From an uncultured Pseudomonas sp. (GTDB lineage Bacteria > Pseudomonadota > Gammaproteobacteria > Pseudomonadales > Pseudomonadaceae), in the NCBI GenBank assembly GCA_964518735.1, contig CAZFKQ010000015.1, positions 16,979-80,978 on the forward strand: a DNA stretch of 64,000 nucleotides, given 5' to 3'. Positions 21,520 through 32,069 of this stretch are shown one piece after another (position 1 is the first letter of the stretch; every line of letters starts with the position of its first letter). A program made the translations under genes and the position numbers. The notes below the pieces were generated by a model that was not told the origin of the DNA, searched no databases, and saw nothing but the letters and a program-made list of their open reading frames with translations.

Positions 21520-24084
21520 ATGCGAATCGACCGTTTGACCAGCAAGCTGCAGCTTGCCCTCTCCGATGCCCAGTCCGTGGCGGTGGGCCTCGATCACCCG
21601 GCCATCGAGCCGCTGCACCTTATGCAGGCGCTGCTCGACCAGCAGGGCGGTTCGATCAAGCCGCTGCTGATGCAGGTCGGCTTCGATGTGAACAGCCTGC
21701 GTCAGGCGCTGAGCAAAGAGCTCGATCAGCTGCCGAAAATTCAGAACCCGACCGGCGACGTCAATCTGTCTCAGGATCTGGCGCGCCTGCTCAATCAGGC
21801 TGACCGTCTGTCGCAGCAGAAGGGCGACCAGTTCATTTCCAGTGAGGTGGTATTGCTCGCCGCCATGGACGAGAGCACCAAGCTGGGCAAGCTGCTCCTC
21901 GGCCAGGGCGTGAGCAAGAAGGCTCTGGAAAATGCGGTGAGCAACCTGCGCGGCGGCGATGCGGTAAATGACCCCAACGTCGAAGAGTCGCGCCAGGCTC
22001 TGGACAAGTACACCGTCGACCTGACCAAGCGTGCGGAAGAAGGCAAGCTCGACCCGGTGATCGGTCGTGATGACGAAATCCGTCGCACCATCCAGGTCCT
22101 GCAGCGCCGCACCAAGAACAACCCGGTGCTGATTGGCGAGCCCGGCGTGGGCAAGACCGCCATCGCCGAGGGCCTGGCCCAGCGCATCGTCAATGGCGAG
22201 GTGCCGGACGGGCTGAAGGATAAGCGTCTGCTGTCCCTAGACATGGGCGCGCTGATCGCTGGCGCCAAGTTCCGCGGCGAGTTCGAGGAGCGCCTGAAAG
22301 CAGTGCTCAACGAGCTGAGCAAGCAGGAAGGGCGGATCATTCTGTTCATTGATGAGCTGCACACCATGGTTGGCGCCGGCAAGGCTGAAGGCGCCATGGA
22401 TGCCGGCAACATGCTCAAGCCGTCGCTGGCCCGTGGCGAGCTGCACTGCGTCGGTGCCACCACGCTCAACGAGTACCGTCAGTACATCGAGAAGGATGCG
22501 GCCCTGGAACGGCGCTTCCAGAAGGTGCTGGTGGATGAGCCGAGCGAGGAAGACACCATCGCCATCCTCCGCGGCCTCAAGGAGCGCTACGAGGTGCACC
22601 ACAAGGTGGCCATCACCGACGGCGCGATCATCGCTGCGGCCAAACTGTCGCATCGCTACATCACCGATCGCCAGCTGCCGGACAAGGCCATCGATTTGAT
22701 CGACGAGGCGGCCAGCCGTATCCGCATGGAGATCGACTCCAAACCGGAAGTGCTCGATCGCCTGGAGCGGCGCCTGATTCAGCTCAAGGTCGAAGGACAG
22801 GCGCTGAAAAAGGAAGACGACGAGGCAGCGATCAAACGCCTGGAAAAACTCAACGAAGATATTGCTCGTCTGGAGCGTGAATACGCTGATCTGGAGGAAA
22901 TCTGGAAGTCGGAAAAGGCCGAGGTGCAAGGCTCGGCACAGATCCAGCAGAAGATCGAACAGTCGCGCCAAGAGCTGGAGGCGGCGCGGCGCAAAGGCGA
23001 CCTCAATCGCATGGCTGAGCTGCAGTACGGCATCATTCCGGATCTGGAGCGCAGCCTGCAGATGGTCGACCAGCACGGCAAGACCGAGAACCAGCTGCTG
23101 CGCAGCAAGGTCACCGAGGAAGAAATTGCCGAGGTGGTGTCCAAGTGGACCGGCATCCCGGTGAGCAAAATGCTCGAGGGTGAGCGAGACAAACTGCTGA
23201 AGATGGAAGGCCTGCTGCATCAGCGCGTGATCGGCCAGAACGAGGCAGTGGTGGCCGTGGCCAACGCCGTGCGCCGCTCGCGTGCTGGTCTGGCTGATCC
23301 GAACCGGCCGAGTGGCTCGTTCCTCTTTCTCGGTCCGACCGGTGTGGGTAAGACCGAGCTGTGCAAGGCGCTGGCCGAATTCCTCTTCGACACCGAGGAG
23401 GCGCTGGTGCGCATCGACATGTCCGAGTTCATGGAGAAGCACTCGGTGGCTCGCCTGATCGGTGCGCCACCCGGCTATGTCGGCTACGAAGAGGGCGGTT
23501 ACCTGACCGAGGCTGTGCGCCGCAAGCCTTACTCGGTGGTGCTGATGGATGAGGTGGAGAAGGCCCACCCGGATGTGTTCAACGTGCTGCTGCAGGTACT
23601 GGAGGATGGTCGCCTGACAGATAGCCACGGGCGCACCGTGGACTTCAAGAACACCGTGATCGTGATGACCTCTAACCTCGGTTCGGCGCAGATCCAGGAA
23701 CTGGTCGGCGACCGCGAGGCGCAGCGTGCGGCGGTGATGGATGCGGTGAGCAGCCACTTCCGCCCGGAGTTCATCAACCGTATCGACGAGGTGGTGGTAT
23801 TCGAGCCGCTGGGTCGCGAGCAGATCGCCGGCATTGCCGAGATTCAGCTGCAGCGCCTGCGCGGCCGTCTGGCCGAGCGCGAGTTGCGGCTGGAGCTGAC
23901 GACCGAGGCCCTGGATAAGCTGATTGCCATCGGCTATGACCCGGTCTACGGCGCGCGGCCGCTGAAACGGGCGATCCAGCGCTGGATCGAGAACCCGCTG
24001 GCGCAACTGATTCTGGCGGGTACTTTCAGTCCGGGCGCGGTGGTCAAGGCGCGTGTCGAGGGCGAGGAAATCGTCTTTACCTGA
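21520..24084 (+). CDS. clpB: ATP-dependent disaggregase
   Basis: Two AAA+ modules ([16 protein letters not shown]), middle coiled coil, 854 aa from MRIDRLTSK. Confidence 0.98.
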   Translation: MRIDRLTSKLQLALSDAQSVAVGLDHPAIEPLHLMQALLDQQGGSIKPLLMQVGFDVNSLRQALSKELDQLPKIQNPTGDVNLSQDLARLLNQADRLSQQKGDQFISSEVVLLAAMDESTKLGKLLLGQGVSKKALENAVSNLRGGDAVNDPNVEESRQALDKYTVDLTKRAEEGKLDPVIGRDDEIRRTIQVLQRRTKNNPVLIGEPGVGKTAIAEGLAQRIVNGEVPDGLKDKRLLSLDMGALIAGAKFRGEFEERLKAVLNELSKQEGRIILFIDELHTMVGAGKAEGAMDAGNMLKPSLARGELHCVGATTLNEYRQYIEKDAALERRFQKVLVDEPSEEDTIAILRGLKERYEVHHKVAITDGAIIAAAKLSHRYITDRQLPDKAIDLIDEAASRIRMEIDSKPEVLDRLERRLIQLKVEGQALKKEDDEAAIKRLEKLNEDIARLEREYADLEEIWKSEKAEVQGSAQIQQKIEQSRQELEAARRKGDLNRMAELQYGIIPDLERSLQMVDQHGKTENQLLRSKVTEEEIAEVVSKWTGIPVSKMLEGERDKLLKMEGLLHQRVIGQNEAVVAVANAVRRSRAGLADPNRPSGSFLFLGPTGVGKTELCKALAEFLFDTEEALVRIDMSEFMEKHSVARLIGAPPGYVGYEEGGYLTEAVRRKPYSVVLMDEVEKAHPDVFNVLLQVLEDGRLTDSHGRTVDFKNTVIVMTSNLGSAQIQELVGDREAQRAAVMDAVSSHFRPEFINRIDEVVVFEPLGREQIAGIAEIQLQRLRGRLAERELRLELTTEALDKLIAIGYDPVYGARPLKRAIQRWIENPLAQLILAGTFSPGAVVKARVEGEEIVFT

Positions 24085-24099
24085 GTCATGTTCGCGTCA

Positions 24100-24130
24100 T
24101 GAAAAAGCCCCGCACTGCGGGGCTTTTTCA
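24100..24130. terminator. Bidirectional terminator
   Basis: GAAAAAGCCCCGCACTGCGGGGCTTTTTC. Confidence 0.85.
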
Positions 24131-24139
24131 TGGGCTTGT

Positions 24140-24472
24140 TCAGATGTGCTCTAGCACGACCGCCAGTGCTTCAGCCTGATCATCGGCCAGGTCGAAGATA
24201 TGGAAGCCACTCCAGCCGTGCTGGCCATTGGCACCTGGGCGACTCCACAGGCAGTCGGCGCCCAGGCGTATCTCATGGAGATTACCAAGAGGTTCACCGA
24301 GCACCAGGCGGCATTCCCACACGGAGTCAGCCTCCAGGGGCGTGTCGCTGACCAGCATGAAGCCGTCAGCGGAAAGATCGACGACGCGGCCCAGGCGCGT
24401 GCCTGAATGGAAGTCGAATACTTCCAGGCTCAGTTCGGTGGTGTGGCGGCTGTGCTGGCGACGATCGTCCAT
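24140..24472 (-). CDS. Stand-alone PilZ-domain protein
   Basis: RRQHSR (RxxxR) and DLSADG (DxSxxG) c-di-GMP motifs. Confidence 0.85.
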   Translation of the reverse strand: MDDRRQHSRHTTELSLEVFDFHSGTRLGRVVDLSADGFMLVSDTPLEADSVWECRLVLGEPLGNLHEIRLGADCLWSRPGANGQHGWSGFHIFDLADDQAEALAVVLEHI

Positions 24473-26890
24473 TCAGGCTCCTTGGCCGACTTCATTGGCG
24501 CGTCCGGTGAAGCGCTGTAGAACGCGATAGATGGCATGCAGGGCGCGATCGACCAGCGGTGAATCGCGCTCGGGCGGGACGATGCGTGCCTGCCCCAGTT
24601 CCATTTCGTTGGCCAGTTGCCGGATTGGCTTGATCGCCACACGCTGGCCGCTGTGATCGACAAACATGTAGTTGTGCGTGGTCGGACTGAACCAGGACAG
24701 TTTCAGCGTGCGGATTTCATCGCCCTGGACGAACTCGAACCAGGTGCCGAATTCCAGATTTTGCAGTTCCTTGATCAGTGCCTGGGCCCTGGCGGAAACT
24801 TTTTCGTTCTTTTGTATGGGGGCGGCCAGGGCGGCGTCTTCGCCCAGCATCGCGCCCAGCGGGCTTTCCTTGAGTGATGCCTTGAGCTTGGCGGCCAGTT
24901 GCGGCTGTTTGGCTTGCACGGCGTGCTGGCAGGCGACAATGTCCTGCAGCAGGCGGCGTATGCCGTCTTCGTGGTAACCACCGAGCAGTTCCAGGCCTTT
25001 GCGCAGTTCGTCGAGCAGGCTGACACGTATGGTTTGCAGGTGTGTGCGGCCGGCATCATCGAGAACGGTGCCACTCCAGGCCAGCTGCTCGGCAACTTCG
25101 CAGGCGCGTTGCCATTCGCTGCTGCGCTCATTGTGGCGCAGCAGGACAAAGACCAGTACGTCGGTCCAGGTCAGTTCGAGGAAGTTGCGAATGATGGACG
25201 GCAGCTCGCGTCCCTTGAGTGCCTGATTGATGGCGTCGACCGCCAGTTGGCGGGCGCCGAGCAATTTGTCGCGACCCTTGGCGGCCTCCACGGCGCGTCG
25301 CTCACGCAACTCGACCTTGTGCTGCAGGGTGATGACGAACTCGTTGAATTCCTCAAGCAGGCTGTCGAACAGCAGCAGGTCGCCGGCAAAGCCATGGATG
25401 ACCCGTTCCACGACCCAGTGCATCTTCGCCAGCAGGCCGCGTTCATCGCCTTCGCCGCCATACAGCACGCCGGCCTGGGCCATGCTGTTGAGCAGGCGTC
25501 GGGCCGGGTGGTGGTGCTGGGTGAACAGTGCCTTGTCCTGCAGCGCTACCTTGAGATAGGGCGTATGCAGGTGGGAGAGGGCAGTCTTGCAGGCGTCAGG
25601 CAGGTTGTCGTCGTCGAGGATGAAGTCGAACAGCATGCCGACCAGGTCGATAACGTCGGCTTCCTGATCCGAGAGCTTCTGCTGGCCCGGAAGGTTGCTG
25701 TAGGCCTCCAGCTGATCCTGCAGGTCGGCTTTGAGGCCTTCCACGGCTTGGGGGCGATGCAGGCGCTGGCTGATGTCATGGGCCGACTGCTGTTGCAGGC
25801 GATTAAGCGCATTCAGGAGCTCGCTGGCGCTGTAGGTGCTGGTTGCAGTACGCGGCGCAAAGCTGGCAATGCTGCGGGTGCCGCCAAGCAGGGGGGCATC
25901 TACATTGCGCTCCCGATGCTCGCTGAGCAGGGCGGCCAGGCCACCGAACAGCTGGCCTGGGTCCTGTGGCGGCGGACTGTTAAGGTCAGCAGGGGCTGCG
26001 ACATGCTGCCCGTCTGCAGCGGAGGGGGCTGCTTGGGGGGGCGTGGCCAGTTGTGGCGAGCTCGAATACTGCGTTCCATAGTGTGACGGTTGGGTACCAG
26101 CCGGGTTACCCGTGGTCTCGCGAGACGAAGTCGGTGTGGGTTGCTGTTGGCTGGCAGGGGTGGCCGTTGGGCTGGACGTGTTGCGTTGTGCGTTGTATTT
26201 CAGATTGGGCAGGATGCCGGCATCGATCAGGCGCTGGTTGAGGGCTTCGTAGAGCGGATCAAGGCTGTGCATCACATGCTGATCGAAGAGCGTATACAGG
26301 ATGATCTTGATCCGCAGCGGGAAGGGGTGCGCGGTGAGCGCTTCGTGAAAGGCTCGGGCAATGGCTGGCGGGCCAAATGGATTGCTGTCCTCACCGAGTT
26401 TCTGACCATTGTTGAGTAGGGCCAGTCGCTGCTCCAACGCGAACAGTGGACGGGCGCAACGTGCCTTGACCCGACTGACCATGTTGATGATCTGCAGGCT
26501 TTCTTCGTAGTCCTCGTTTTGCACCAGGGACAGTTGTTCGGCATCCAGTTCGCTGGGCGCTGCTACCGCTTTAAGCTTGCCGTCGAGGAAGTCGGAGAAG
26601 TTCTGCGCGATCTGCTGGTGGTAGCTGCGCTCGATCTGCGGCCGCAGTCTGCGGATTTCACGCATGTTGTCGAAGAACAGGGTTTGCAGGCGATTGTTCT
26701 CGGCTTTCTCGGCGCACTCGAAGAGGGTGTCGTCCACCTGGCCAAACACGCCAGCCAGGTGCTCGGCCAGGCGGTTCATCACCAGCTTGCGACAGTCCTG
26801 TACCAGTTCGCTGAAGCGAGGTTGAATCCCGCGGCTTGCCAGCCCTGAAATAGAGCGTGGTGGAGTTGGCGGGGTATCCGGGGTACTCAT
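24473..26890 (-). CDS. DUF1631-family protein, paralog 1
   Basis: VIDLVGMLFDFILDD...PYLKVAL...HPARRLLN; C-terminal LKLSWFSPTTHNYMFVD. Confidence 0.8.
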   Translation of the reverse strand: MSTPDTPPTPPRSISGLASRGIQPRFSELVQDCRKLVMNRLAEHLAGVFGQVDDTLFECAEKAENNRLQTLFFDNMREIRRLRPQIERSYHQQIAQNFSDFLDGKLKAVAAPSELDAEQLSLVQNEDYEESLQIINMVSRVKARCARPLFALEQRLALLNNGQKLGEDSNPFGPPAIARAFHEALTAHPFPLRIKIILYTLFDQHVMHSLDPLYEALNQRLIDAGILPNLKYNAQRNTSSPTATPASQQQPTPTSSRETTGNPAGTQPSHYGTQYSSSPQLATPPQAAPSAADGQHVAAPADLNSPPPQDPGQLFGGLAALLSEHRERNVDAPLLGGTRSIASFAPRTATSTYSASELLNALNRLQQQSAHDISQRLHRPQAVEGLKADLQDQLEAYSNLPGQQKLSDQEADVIDLVGMLFDFILDDDNLPDACKTALSHLHTPYLKVALQDKALFTQHHHPARRLLNSMAQAGVLYGGEGDERGLLAKMHWVVERVIHGFAGDLLLFDSLLEEFNEFVITLQHKVELRERRAVEAAKGRDKLLGARQLAVDAINQALKGRELPSIIRNFLELTWTDVLVFVLLRHNERSSEWQRACEVAEQLAWSGTVLDDAGRTHLQTIRVSLLDELRKGLELLGGYHEDGIRRLLQDIVACQHAVQAKQPQLAAKLKASLKESPLGAMLGEDAALAAPIQKNEKVSARAQALIKELQNLEFGTWFEFVQGDEIRTLKLSWFSPTTHNYMFVDHSGQRVAIKPIRQLANEMELGQARIVPPERDSPLVDRALHAIYRVLQRFTGRANEVGQGA

Positions 26891-27009
26891 GACATATCCT
26901 GTACGGGCCTTGCTGGCGCGCGCATCCTGCTGTGAAGTGCATCAAGCTATAGACATATAGTAGCTTGGAGTTCAATCGCAAGGCTTTGTAAAGAAAGTGA
27001 TTTCAAGGG

Positions 27010-27045
27010 TTGACAGGAGCGTACGGAAACGTAAAATGGCGCGCC
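27010..27045 (+). promoter_or_regulatory. Sigma70 stable-RNA promoter for the tRNA operon
   Basis: TTGACA-N16-TAAAAT followed by GC-rich discriminator GGCGCGCC. Confidence 0.75.
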
Positions 27046-27102
27046 TCAGCTACGGGAAGCGGCGCAAGCCAAAGCCAGTAGCTGAGCTAGAAGGTTACAA
27101 GT

Positions 27103-27178
<76 letters not shown>

Positions 27179-27188
27179 ACTTTCTTAT

Positions 27189-27265
27189 CGGGGTATAGCG
27201 CAGTCCGGTAGCGCGCTTGCTTTGGGAGCAAGATGTCGGGAGTTCGAATCCCCCTACCCCGACCA
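27189..27265 (+). tRNA. tRNA-Pro(TGG)
   Basis: 77 nt, CGGGGTA/TACCCCG acceptor stem, loop TTTGGGA, CCA end. Confidence 0.97.
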
Positions 27266-27270
27266 TTTTT

Positions 27271-27346
27271 GGGTCGTTAGCTCAGTTGGTAGAGCAGTTG
27301 GCTTTTAACCAATTGGTCGTAGGTTCGAATCCCACACGACCCACCA
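27271..27346 (+). tRNA. tRNA-Lys(TTT)
   Basis: 76 nt, GGGTCGT/ACGACCC acceptor stem, loop CTTTTAA, CCA end. Confidence 0.97.
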
Positions 27347-27372
27347 TATATTCTCGGGTTTGGTCCGAGAAA

Positions 27373-27404
27373 CAACAAACCCGCCTAGTGCGGGTTTTTT
27401 GTTG
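27373..27404. terminator. Terminator after the tRNA operon
   Basis: AAACCCGC-CTAGT-GCGGGTTTTTT. Confidence 0.8.
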
Positions 27405-27496
27405 CCTGAATCTTTATGCAGCTGCAGATTGCTGCGCTCTGGCGCAATGCCGTGCAGCACCGCGGCTGGCGGTGAGCACGGCTTTTCTGGTGGCGG

Positions 27497-28795
27497 TCAG
27501 TGCAGCTTGAGGCGTGGCTCGGTGCTGCGGCCAATGCGGCCGCTGAGCATCAACAGCAGGGTGCGGATGCTGCCGTAGAGTGCCATCTGGTGCATGCGGT
27601 AGAGCGAGATATAGAACATCCGCGCGAGCCAGCCTTCCAGTTTGACGCTGCCCATCAGGTTACCCATCAGATTGCCGACTGCAGAAAAGCGTGACAGCGA
27701 GATCAGTGAGCCGTAGTCCTGGTAGCGGAACGCGGGCAACGGCTTGCCTTCCAGGCGCAGTTTGAGTGACTTGGCCAGTAGCGAGGCCTGCTGGTGGGCG
27801 GCTTGGGCTCGTGGCGGAATGGTGCGCTCGCTGCCATCGCCAAGCGGGCAGGCGGCGCAATCGCCGAAGGCGAAGATATTGTCGTCCAGGCTGGTTTGCA
27901 GGCTCGGGCGTACCACCAACTGATTGATGCGATTGCTTTCCAGTCCATCCAGCTCCTTGAGAAAGCCCGGTGCACGAATACCGGCGGCCCATACCTTCAG
28001 GCTTGCCGGCACTTCCATACCGCTTGCGGTGAGCAGGGCCTGTTCGGTGACCTGGCTGACGGCAGTGCCGGTGAGGACGGTGACACCGAGTTTTTCCAGG
28101 GTCTGGTGCACGGGCTGGCTGATACGAACCGGCAGTGCCGGTAATACCCGAGGGCCCGCTTCGATCAGCGTGATGCGCATGTTCTGCGGCTGGATGTTAT
28201 TCAGACCGTAGGCTGCCAGCTCATGGGCTGCATGGTGCAGTTCGGCGGCCAGTTCGACCCCGGTGGCGCCAGCGCCGACTATCGCTACGCTGATCTGCCC
28301 GTCGTCGGTCTTGCCGGCATGGGCGCGCAGGTAATGATTGAGCAGCTTGCTGTGGAAGCGTTCGGCCTGTTCGCGTGTATCGAGGAAGATGCAATGCTCG
28401 GCTGCGCCTGGCGTGCCGAAGTCATTGGTGGTGCTGCCGACGGCGAGTACCAGGCTGTCATAACTCAGTTCACGGGCCGGCAGTAGCTCGTCGCCGTTCT
28501 CGTCGAGGGTGGCGGCCAGGCAGATGCACTGGCGCACACGATCCAGTCCGCTCATGCGCCCGAGCTGAAATTGGAAGTGGTTCCATTTGGCCTGTGCCAC
28601 ATAGTTCAGCTCGTCCTCGGAAGAGTTCAACGAGCCGGATGCAACTTCGTGCAGCAGCGGTTTCCAGATGTGGGTGAGATTGGCGTCGACCAGGGTAATG
28701 CTGGCTTGGCCGCGCTTGCCCAGGCTTCTACCCAGGCGGGTAGCAAGCTCCAGGCCGCCGGCGCCGCCGCCGACGATCACGATGCGATGTGTCAT
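27497..28795 (-). CDS. ndh: Type II NADH dehydrogenase
   Basis: IVIVGGGAGG and AIVGAGATGVELAAE Rossmann motifs, WAAG, FGDCA, PPRAQAAHQ. Confidence 0.9.
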   Translation of the reverse strand: MTHRIVIVGGGAGGLELATRLGRSLGKRGQASITLVDANLTHIWKPLLHEVASGSLNSSEDELNYVAQAKWNHFQFQLGRMSGLDRVRQCICLAATLDENGDELLPARELSYDSLVLAVGSTTNDFGTPGAAEHCIFLDTREQAERFHSKLLNHYLRAHAGKTDDGQISVAIVGAGATGVELAAELHHAAHELAAYGLNNIQPQNMRITLIEAGPRVLPALPVRISQPVHQTLEKLGVTVLTGTAVSQVTEQALLTASGMEVPASLKVWAAGIRAPGFLKELDGLESNRINQLVVRPSLQTSLDDNIFAFGDCAACPLGDGSERTIPPRAQAAHQQASLLAKSLKLRLEGKPLPAFRYQDYGSLISLSRFSAVGNLMGNLMGSVKLEGWLARMFYISLYRMHQMALYGSIRTLLLMLSGRIGRSTEPRLKLH

Positions 28796-28858
28796 GGGGA
28801 TAACTCATAAGGTTTGCGGAATCCGTAGAGGAGTCCGACCGGGCGAGCGCCAAGCAGC

Positions 28859-29032
28859 TCATAGCACCAGTCGACTCAGAAGGCGGCTCAGTACACCCAG
28901 AACAATGACCGCGAGCAGAATAACCAGTAGCAGGCGCCAGACCCGGAAGGGTTGGCGTTCGACCTGATGTTGCGGCGCGTTCAGGTATTGATCGACACGC
29001 TGCTGGTCTTCGGGGCTCAAGCGGCTGGACAT
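28859..29032 (-). CDS. Small membrane protein, DUF3094-like (57 aa, below the ORF-track cutoff)
   Basis: Read by hand: MSSRLSPEDQQRVDQYLNAPQHQVERQPFRVWRLLLVILLAVIVLGVLSRLLSRLVL. Confidence 0.75.
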   Translation of the reverse strand: MSSRLSPEDQQRVDQYLNAPQHQVERQPFRVWRLLLVILLAVIVLGVLSRLLSRLVL

Positions 29033-29056
29033 GGTGTGCCTCGCAAGAAAGTTGAC

Positions 29057-29569
29057 TCATTCTAGCCCTGTGCTCGCCAGGGGCTCAACGCGCAGCACGT
29101 CATCCAGGCGAATAATGCCGCTTTGCAACACGCGCGCAGTGATCCCGCCGTGGCCACGCATGGCCTGGAAGGTGCCGGGGCCAAGGCGCTCCTCCAGTTT
29201 GGCGCAGGGTTGGCACCAGCCTGTGGTCTGCAAGATCGCCTGGCCGATACGGAAGCAGCGATTCTTCAGGCTGAACAGATTGATGCCGCTGATGGCGATA
29301 TTGCGTCTTAGGTCCGCAGGCAGGATCAGCCGGTCTTCGGTGCGTGCCAGCAAAGCGTTGATCACGGCCAGGTGCTCCCACTGGATCAGAGTGACCTGGC
29401 GCTGATTACGTGGCCCGGGGCGGGCATGGTCACCGGTCAGGCCGGCCTCGCGACGTGCTTCCACGGCCTGCAGTTCGAGCATTTCAGCGCGAGATTCCGG
29501 GCGTACGCCAATCCAGCGTACCCGGCCCTGCTGCGGCACTGCGGCCAGCAGTTCGTGTAACGGGCTCAC
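29057..29569 (-). CDS. MOSC-domain protein
   Basis: GLTGDH, RQVTL, LRRNIAISGINL, WCQPC, GHGGITARV. Confidence 0.88.
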   Translation of the reverse strand: MSPLHELLAAVPQQGRVRWIGVRPESRAEMLELQAVEARREAGLTGDHARPGPRNQRQVTLIQWEHLAVINALLARTEDRLILPADLRRNIAISGINLFSLKNRCFRIGQAILQTTGWCQPCAKLEERLGPGTFQAMRGHGGITARVLQSGIIRLDDVLRVEPLASTGLE

Positions 29570-30195
29570 AGGCTGATACCCACGTCGAACAGCACGGTAC
29601 GGCCAAGGTTATTGCGCAGAAATTCCGGTGCATCGGCATGGGCGAACAGCACGCGGGTATAGGTCGGGCCGACCAGGGCGAGGGAGCGCCAGCCCTGGCG
29701 CAGGTACTCGCCGGGCGGTGGGAAGTGGCTGTTGAAGTCCGGCAGGTCGCGTTTCAGGTTGATGTAGGCGAGCAGGTCCAGCTCGCCCAAGTCGATACCG
29801 CGCTCAAGATAGTTATGCGCTTTCTTGCGCAGCGTCGGTGCCAGGCGTGTCTGCAGTTCGCTGGCGGCGATACGTCGGGGGCGCGGCTCGCGGCGCAGCA
29901 GTTGGCTGAGCGAGAGCGCGCTGCGGCGACGCTCCAGTTCGGCGCGCCACTCATCGTTGAGGCGTCGGCCATGGTCGAGAACGAAGAACACCTCGAAGTT
30001 GGCGTCACGGAACTGCACGTCCGGCGGCTCCTGCGGCGCGCTGCTGAATTCGTCCTGGCGAAAGGGTACGTTAAGGCCCAGCAGCAGGCGCTGGCAGACC
30101 CAGCGCTCGCGTTCCCACTTGCGTGCATTGGATAGGAAGTCGTTGGCCTGTTCGGCCTGCCGGGTGAGCAGGCGCAGGTAGTCGGAGTCGTCCAT
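29566..30195 (-). CDS. DUF1780-family putative nuclease-fold protein
   Basis: NARKWERERWVC, EPPDV, FEVFFVLD; overlaps the MOSC gene start. Confidence 0.75.
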   Translation of the reverse strand: MDDSDYLRLLTRQAEQANDFLSNARKWERERWVCQRLLLGLNVPFRQDEFSSAPQEPPDVQFRDANFEVFFVLDHGRRLNDEWRAELERRRSALSLSQLLRREPRPRRIAASELQTRLAPTLRKKAHNYLERGIDLGELDLLAYINLKRDLPDFNSHFPPPGEYLRQGWRSLALVGPTYTRVLFAHADAPEFLRNNLGRTVLFDVGISL

Positions 30196-30293
30196 GGCCG
30201 CAGCATAACCGCAAAATCGGCTTGCGACAGCTGGCCGCGCTGATGGGGTGCAGGTGCCGGTGTAGACTCGTCAGATGTCAGTGAGGTGCTTTT

Positions 30294-30716
30294 ATGTCGA
30301 TTCGCTCCATCACTCCGGCCGACCATGCTGATCTTGTGGCGCTATGGCAGCGCACGCCGGGCATCTGCCTGCGTCCCGAGGATGCCTTGCAACCGTTTTC
30401 GACCTATCTGGAACGCAATCCTGGGTTGAGCTTGCTCGCCGAGAGAGATGGCCAGTTGGCGGCCTGCCTGTTGGTGGGACATGACGGGCGTCGTGGCTAT
30501 CTGCATCATCTGGTGGTCGATCTGCCCTGGCGTGGTTGTGGTCTGGCGCAGGCGCTGCTGGATGAGGCGCTGCGTCGCCTGAGTGGGCAGGGGATCAGCA
30601 AGACCCATGTGTTTGTTCTGCGTGATGCGCCGCAGGCCCTGTCGTTCTGGTTGGCGCAGGAAGGGTGGTCGCTGCGCGAAGATATCGAAGTTTTTTCCCT
30701 AAGCACTACGGCATAA
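30294..30716 (+). CDS. GNAT acetyltransferase
   Basis: [16 protein letters not shown]...RGCGLA motif A. Confidence 0.88.
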   Translation: MSIRSITPADHADLVALWQRTPGICLRPEDALQPFSTYLERNPGLSLLAERDGQLAACLLVGHDGRRGYLHHLVVDLPWRGCGLAQALLDEALRRLSGQGISKTHVFVLRDAPQALSFWLAQEGWSLREDIEVFSLSTTA

Positions 30717-30812
30717 AGGGCGCAACGCTCCAATCGCCTACTGTCTAAGTTCTCAGCTTTTGTTGGCGCCCAGTGCGGCAGCCACCGGCATTAATCACCC
30801 TAGGTACGTACT

Positions 30813-31280
30813 ATGAAAAACAGCTGGTTAATCTTGTTGGGCTTGTTCTCTTCGCTGGCTATGGCTGTCGAGCCTGGTGAGCGTTTGGCGCCCTGGACGC
30901 TGCTAGATCAGTACGAGCAGCCTTACAGTCTGGATGATCGCTTGCAGGTCTTGCTGGTCGCGCGCGACATGGAAGGTGCCGAGCTGGTGAAGGCGGCGCT
31001 GCAGGGAAAGCCTAAGGGCTATCTGGAACAGCGGCATGCGTTGTTCCTGGCCGACATCAGTGGTATGCCGGGGCCGATTGCCAGTCTGTTTGCCGTGCCG
31101 GCAATGCGTGATTACAGCTACCGGGTGCTGCTGGATCGTCAGGCGCGGGTGGCGCCGCGTTATCCGGCGGCACCGGCGACGGTGCTCTGGCTCGATCTGC
31201 GTGAAGGACGTTTGCTGGCGCAGCGCAGCTTTACTGATGCATCGGCTCTGGCTGCAGCGCTGGAGCAGTCCGGACTGTGA
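30813..31280 (+). CDS. Secreted protein of unknown function (thioredoxin-like scaffold without CxxC, inferred)
   Basis: Signal peptide ending AMA; WTLLDQYEQP and ADISGMP; overlaps the next gene by 4 nt. Confidence 0.65.
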   Translation: MKNSWLILLGLFSSLAMAVEPGERLAPWTLLDQYEQPYSLDDRLQVLLVARDMEGAELVKAALQGKPKGYLEQRHALFLADISGMPGPIASLFAVPAMRDYSYRVLLDRQARVAPRYPAAPATVLWLDLREGRLLAQRSFTDASALAAALEQSGL

Positions 31281-31966
31281 TCGGTGCCGAGCTGCTATCG
31301 GCGACCAGCCTGTGGCTGGGCTGGTTGTGTTATTTGCCAGCCTTGCTCTGGGCGATCTGGCGCGCACCCTGGGTTGAGCTATTCAGCGATCAGCGTCGTC
31401 AGCATTTACTGTTTGGCACGGTACTGGCGCTGTTTCTGCTCTGGCTGGTGCGGCGGGACTTTGCCTCCGGCCTGTCCTACCACTTTATCGGGATGACGGT
31501 GGTGACCCTGTTGCTGGGCTGGCCCCTCGCAGTACTGGGCGGCTTGGTAGCGCAGCTAGGCCTGCTGGCGGTGGGGCGCCAGGATCTGCAGGCGTTGGGG
31601 TTCAATGCCGTGTTGCTGGTGCTGATCCCGGTGCTAGTAAGCGAACAATGCGCCCAGCTGGTGGAGCGCCGGCAGCCGCGCAACCTGTTTGTCTACATCT
31701 TCTTCTGTGGTTTCTTCCCGGCCGCCCTGGCGGTTTTGCTCTCGCTGCTGGCAGGCCTGGGCGTGTTGTGGCTCGATGGACTGTATGTCATGCCGCCCTG
31801 GCTGGAGGACTTTCTCGGCTATCTGTGGCTGATCATGTTTCCCGAGGCGTTTATCAACGGCATGCTGGTCACCGGGTTGGTGGTGTTCTATCCGGACTGG
31901 CTGGAGACCTTCAATCGCACGCGCTATCTGTCGGCGCCGTGGAAGGATGATCCTCCGTCCCGTTGA
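31277..31966 (+). CDS. CbiM-like ECF S-component membrane protein
   Basis: Polytopic; GLSYHFIGMT, FPEAFINGMLVTGLVVFYPDW. Confidence 0.75.
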   Translation: MIGAELLSATSLWLGWLCYLPALLWAIWRAPWVELFSDQRRQHLLFGTVLALFLLWLVRRDFASGLSYHFIGMTVVTLLLGWPLAVLGGLVAQLGLLAVGRQDLQALGFNAVLLVLIPVLVSEQCAQLVERRQPRNLFVYIFFCGFFPAALAVLLSLLAGLGVLWLDGLYVMPPWLEDFLGYLWLIMFPEAFINGMLVTGLVVFYPDWLETFNRTRYLSAPWKDDPPSR

Positions 31967-32069
31967 TGCCGTGATGTTCAGCGGGTTGATGCGCGTTAGG
32001 TGACTGATCCAGATCAACTGGGCCTCAGGCTGTGGCTGCACACTGGGCAAAAGCACAGGAGCAAAGCAC

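Noticed and set aside
22237-24006. Long antisense ORFs (also 50220-51863, 42167-44053, 10031-11347, 58664-59971, 3198-4553)
   Set aside because: They are shadows of well-supported genes, expected from GC-rich codon bias, and carry no recognisable motifs.
27271-27420. Genomic island at tRNA-Lys or tRNA-Thr (known integration sites)
   Set aside because: No integrase and no duplicated tRNA 3' end were found; each tRNA is followed directly by a terminator and a core gene.
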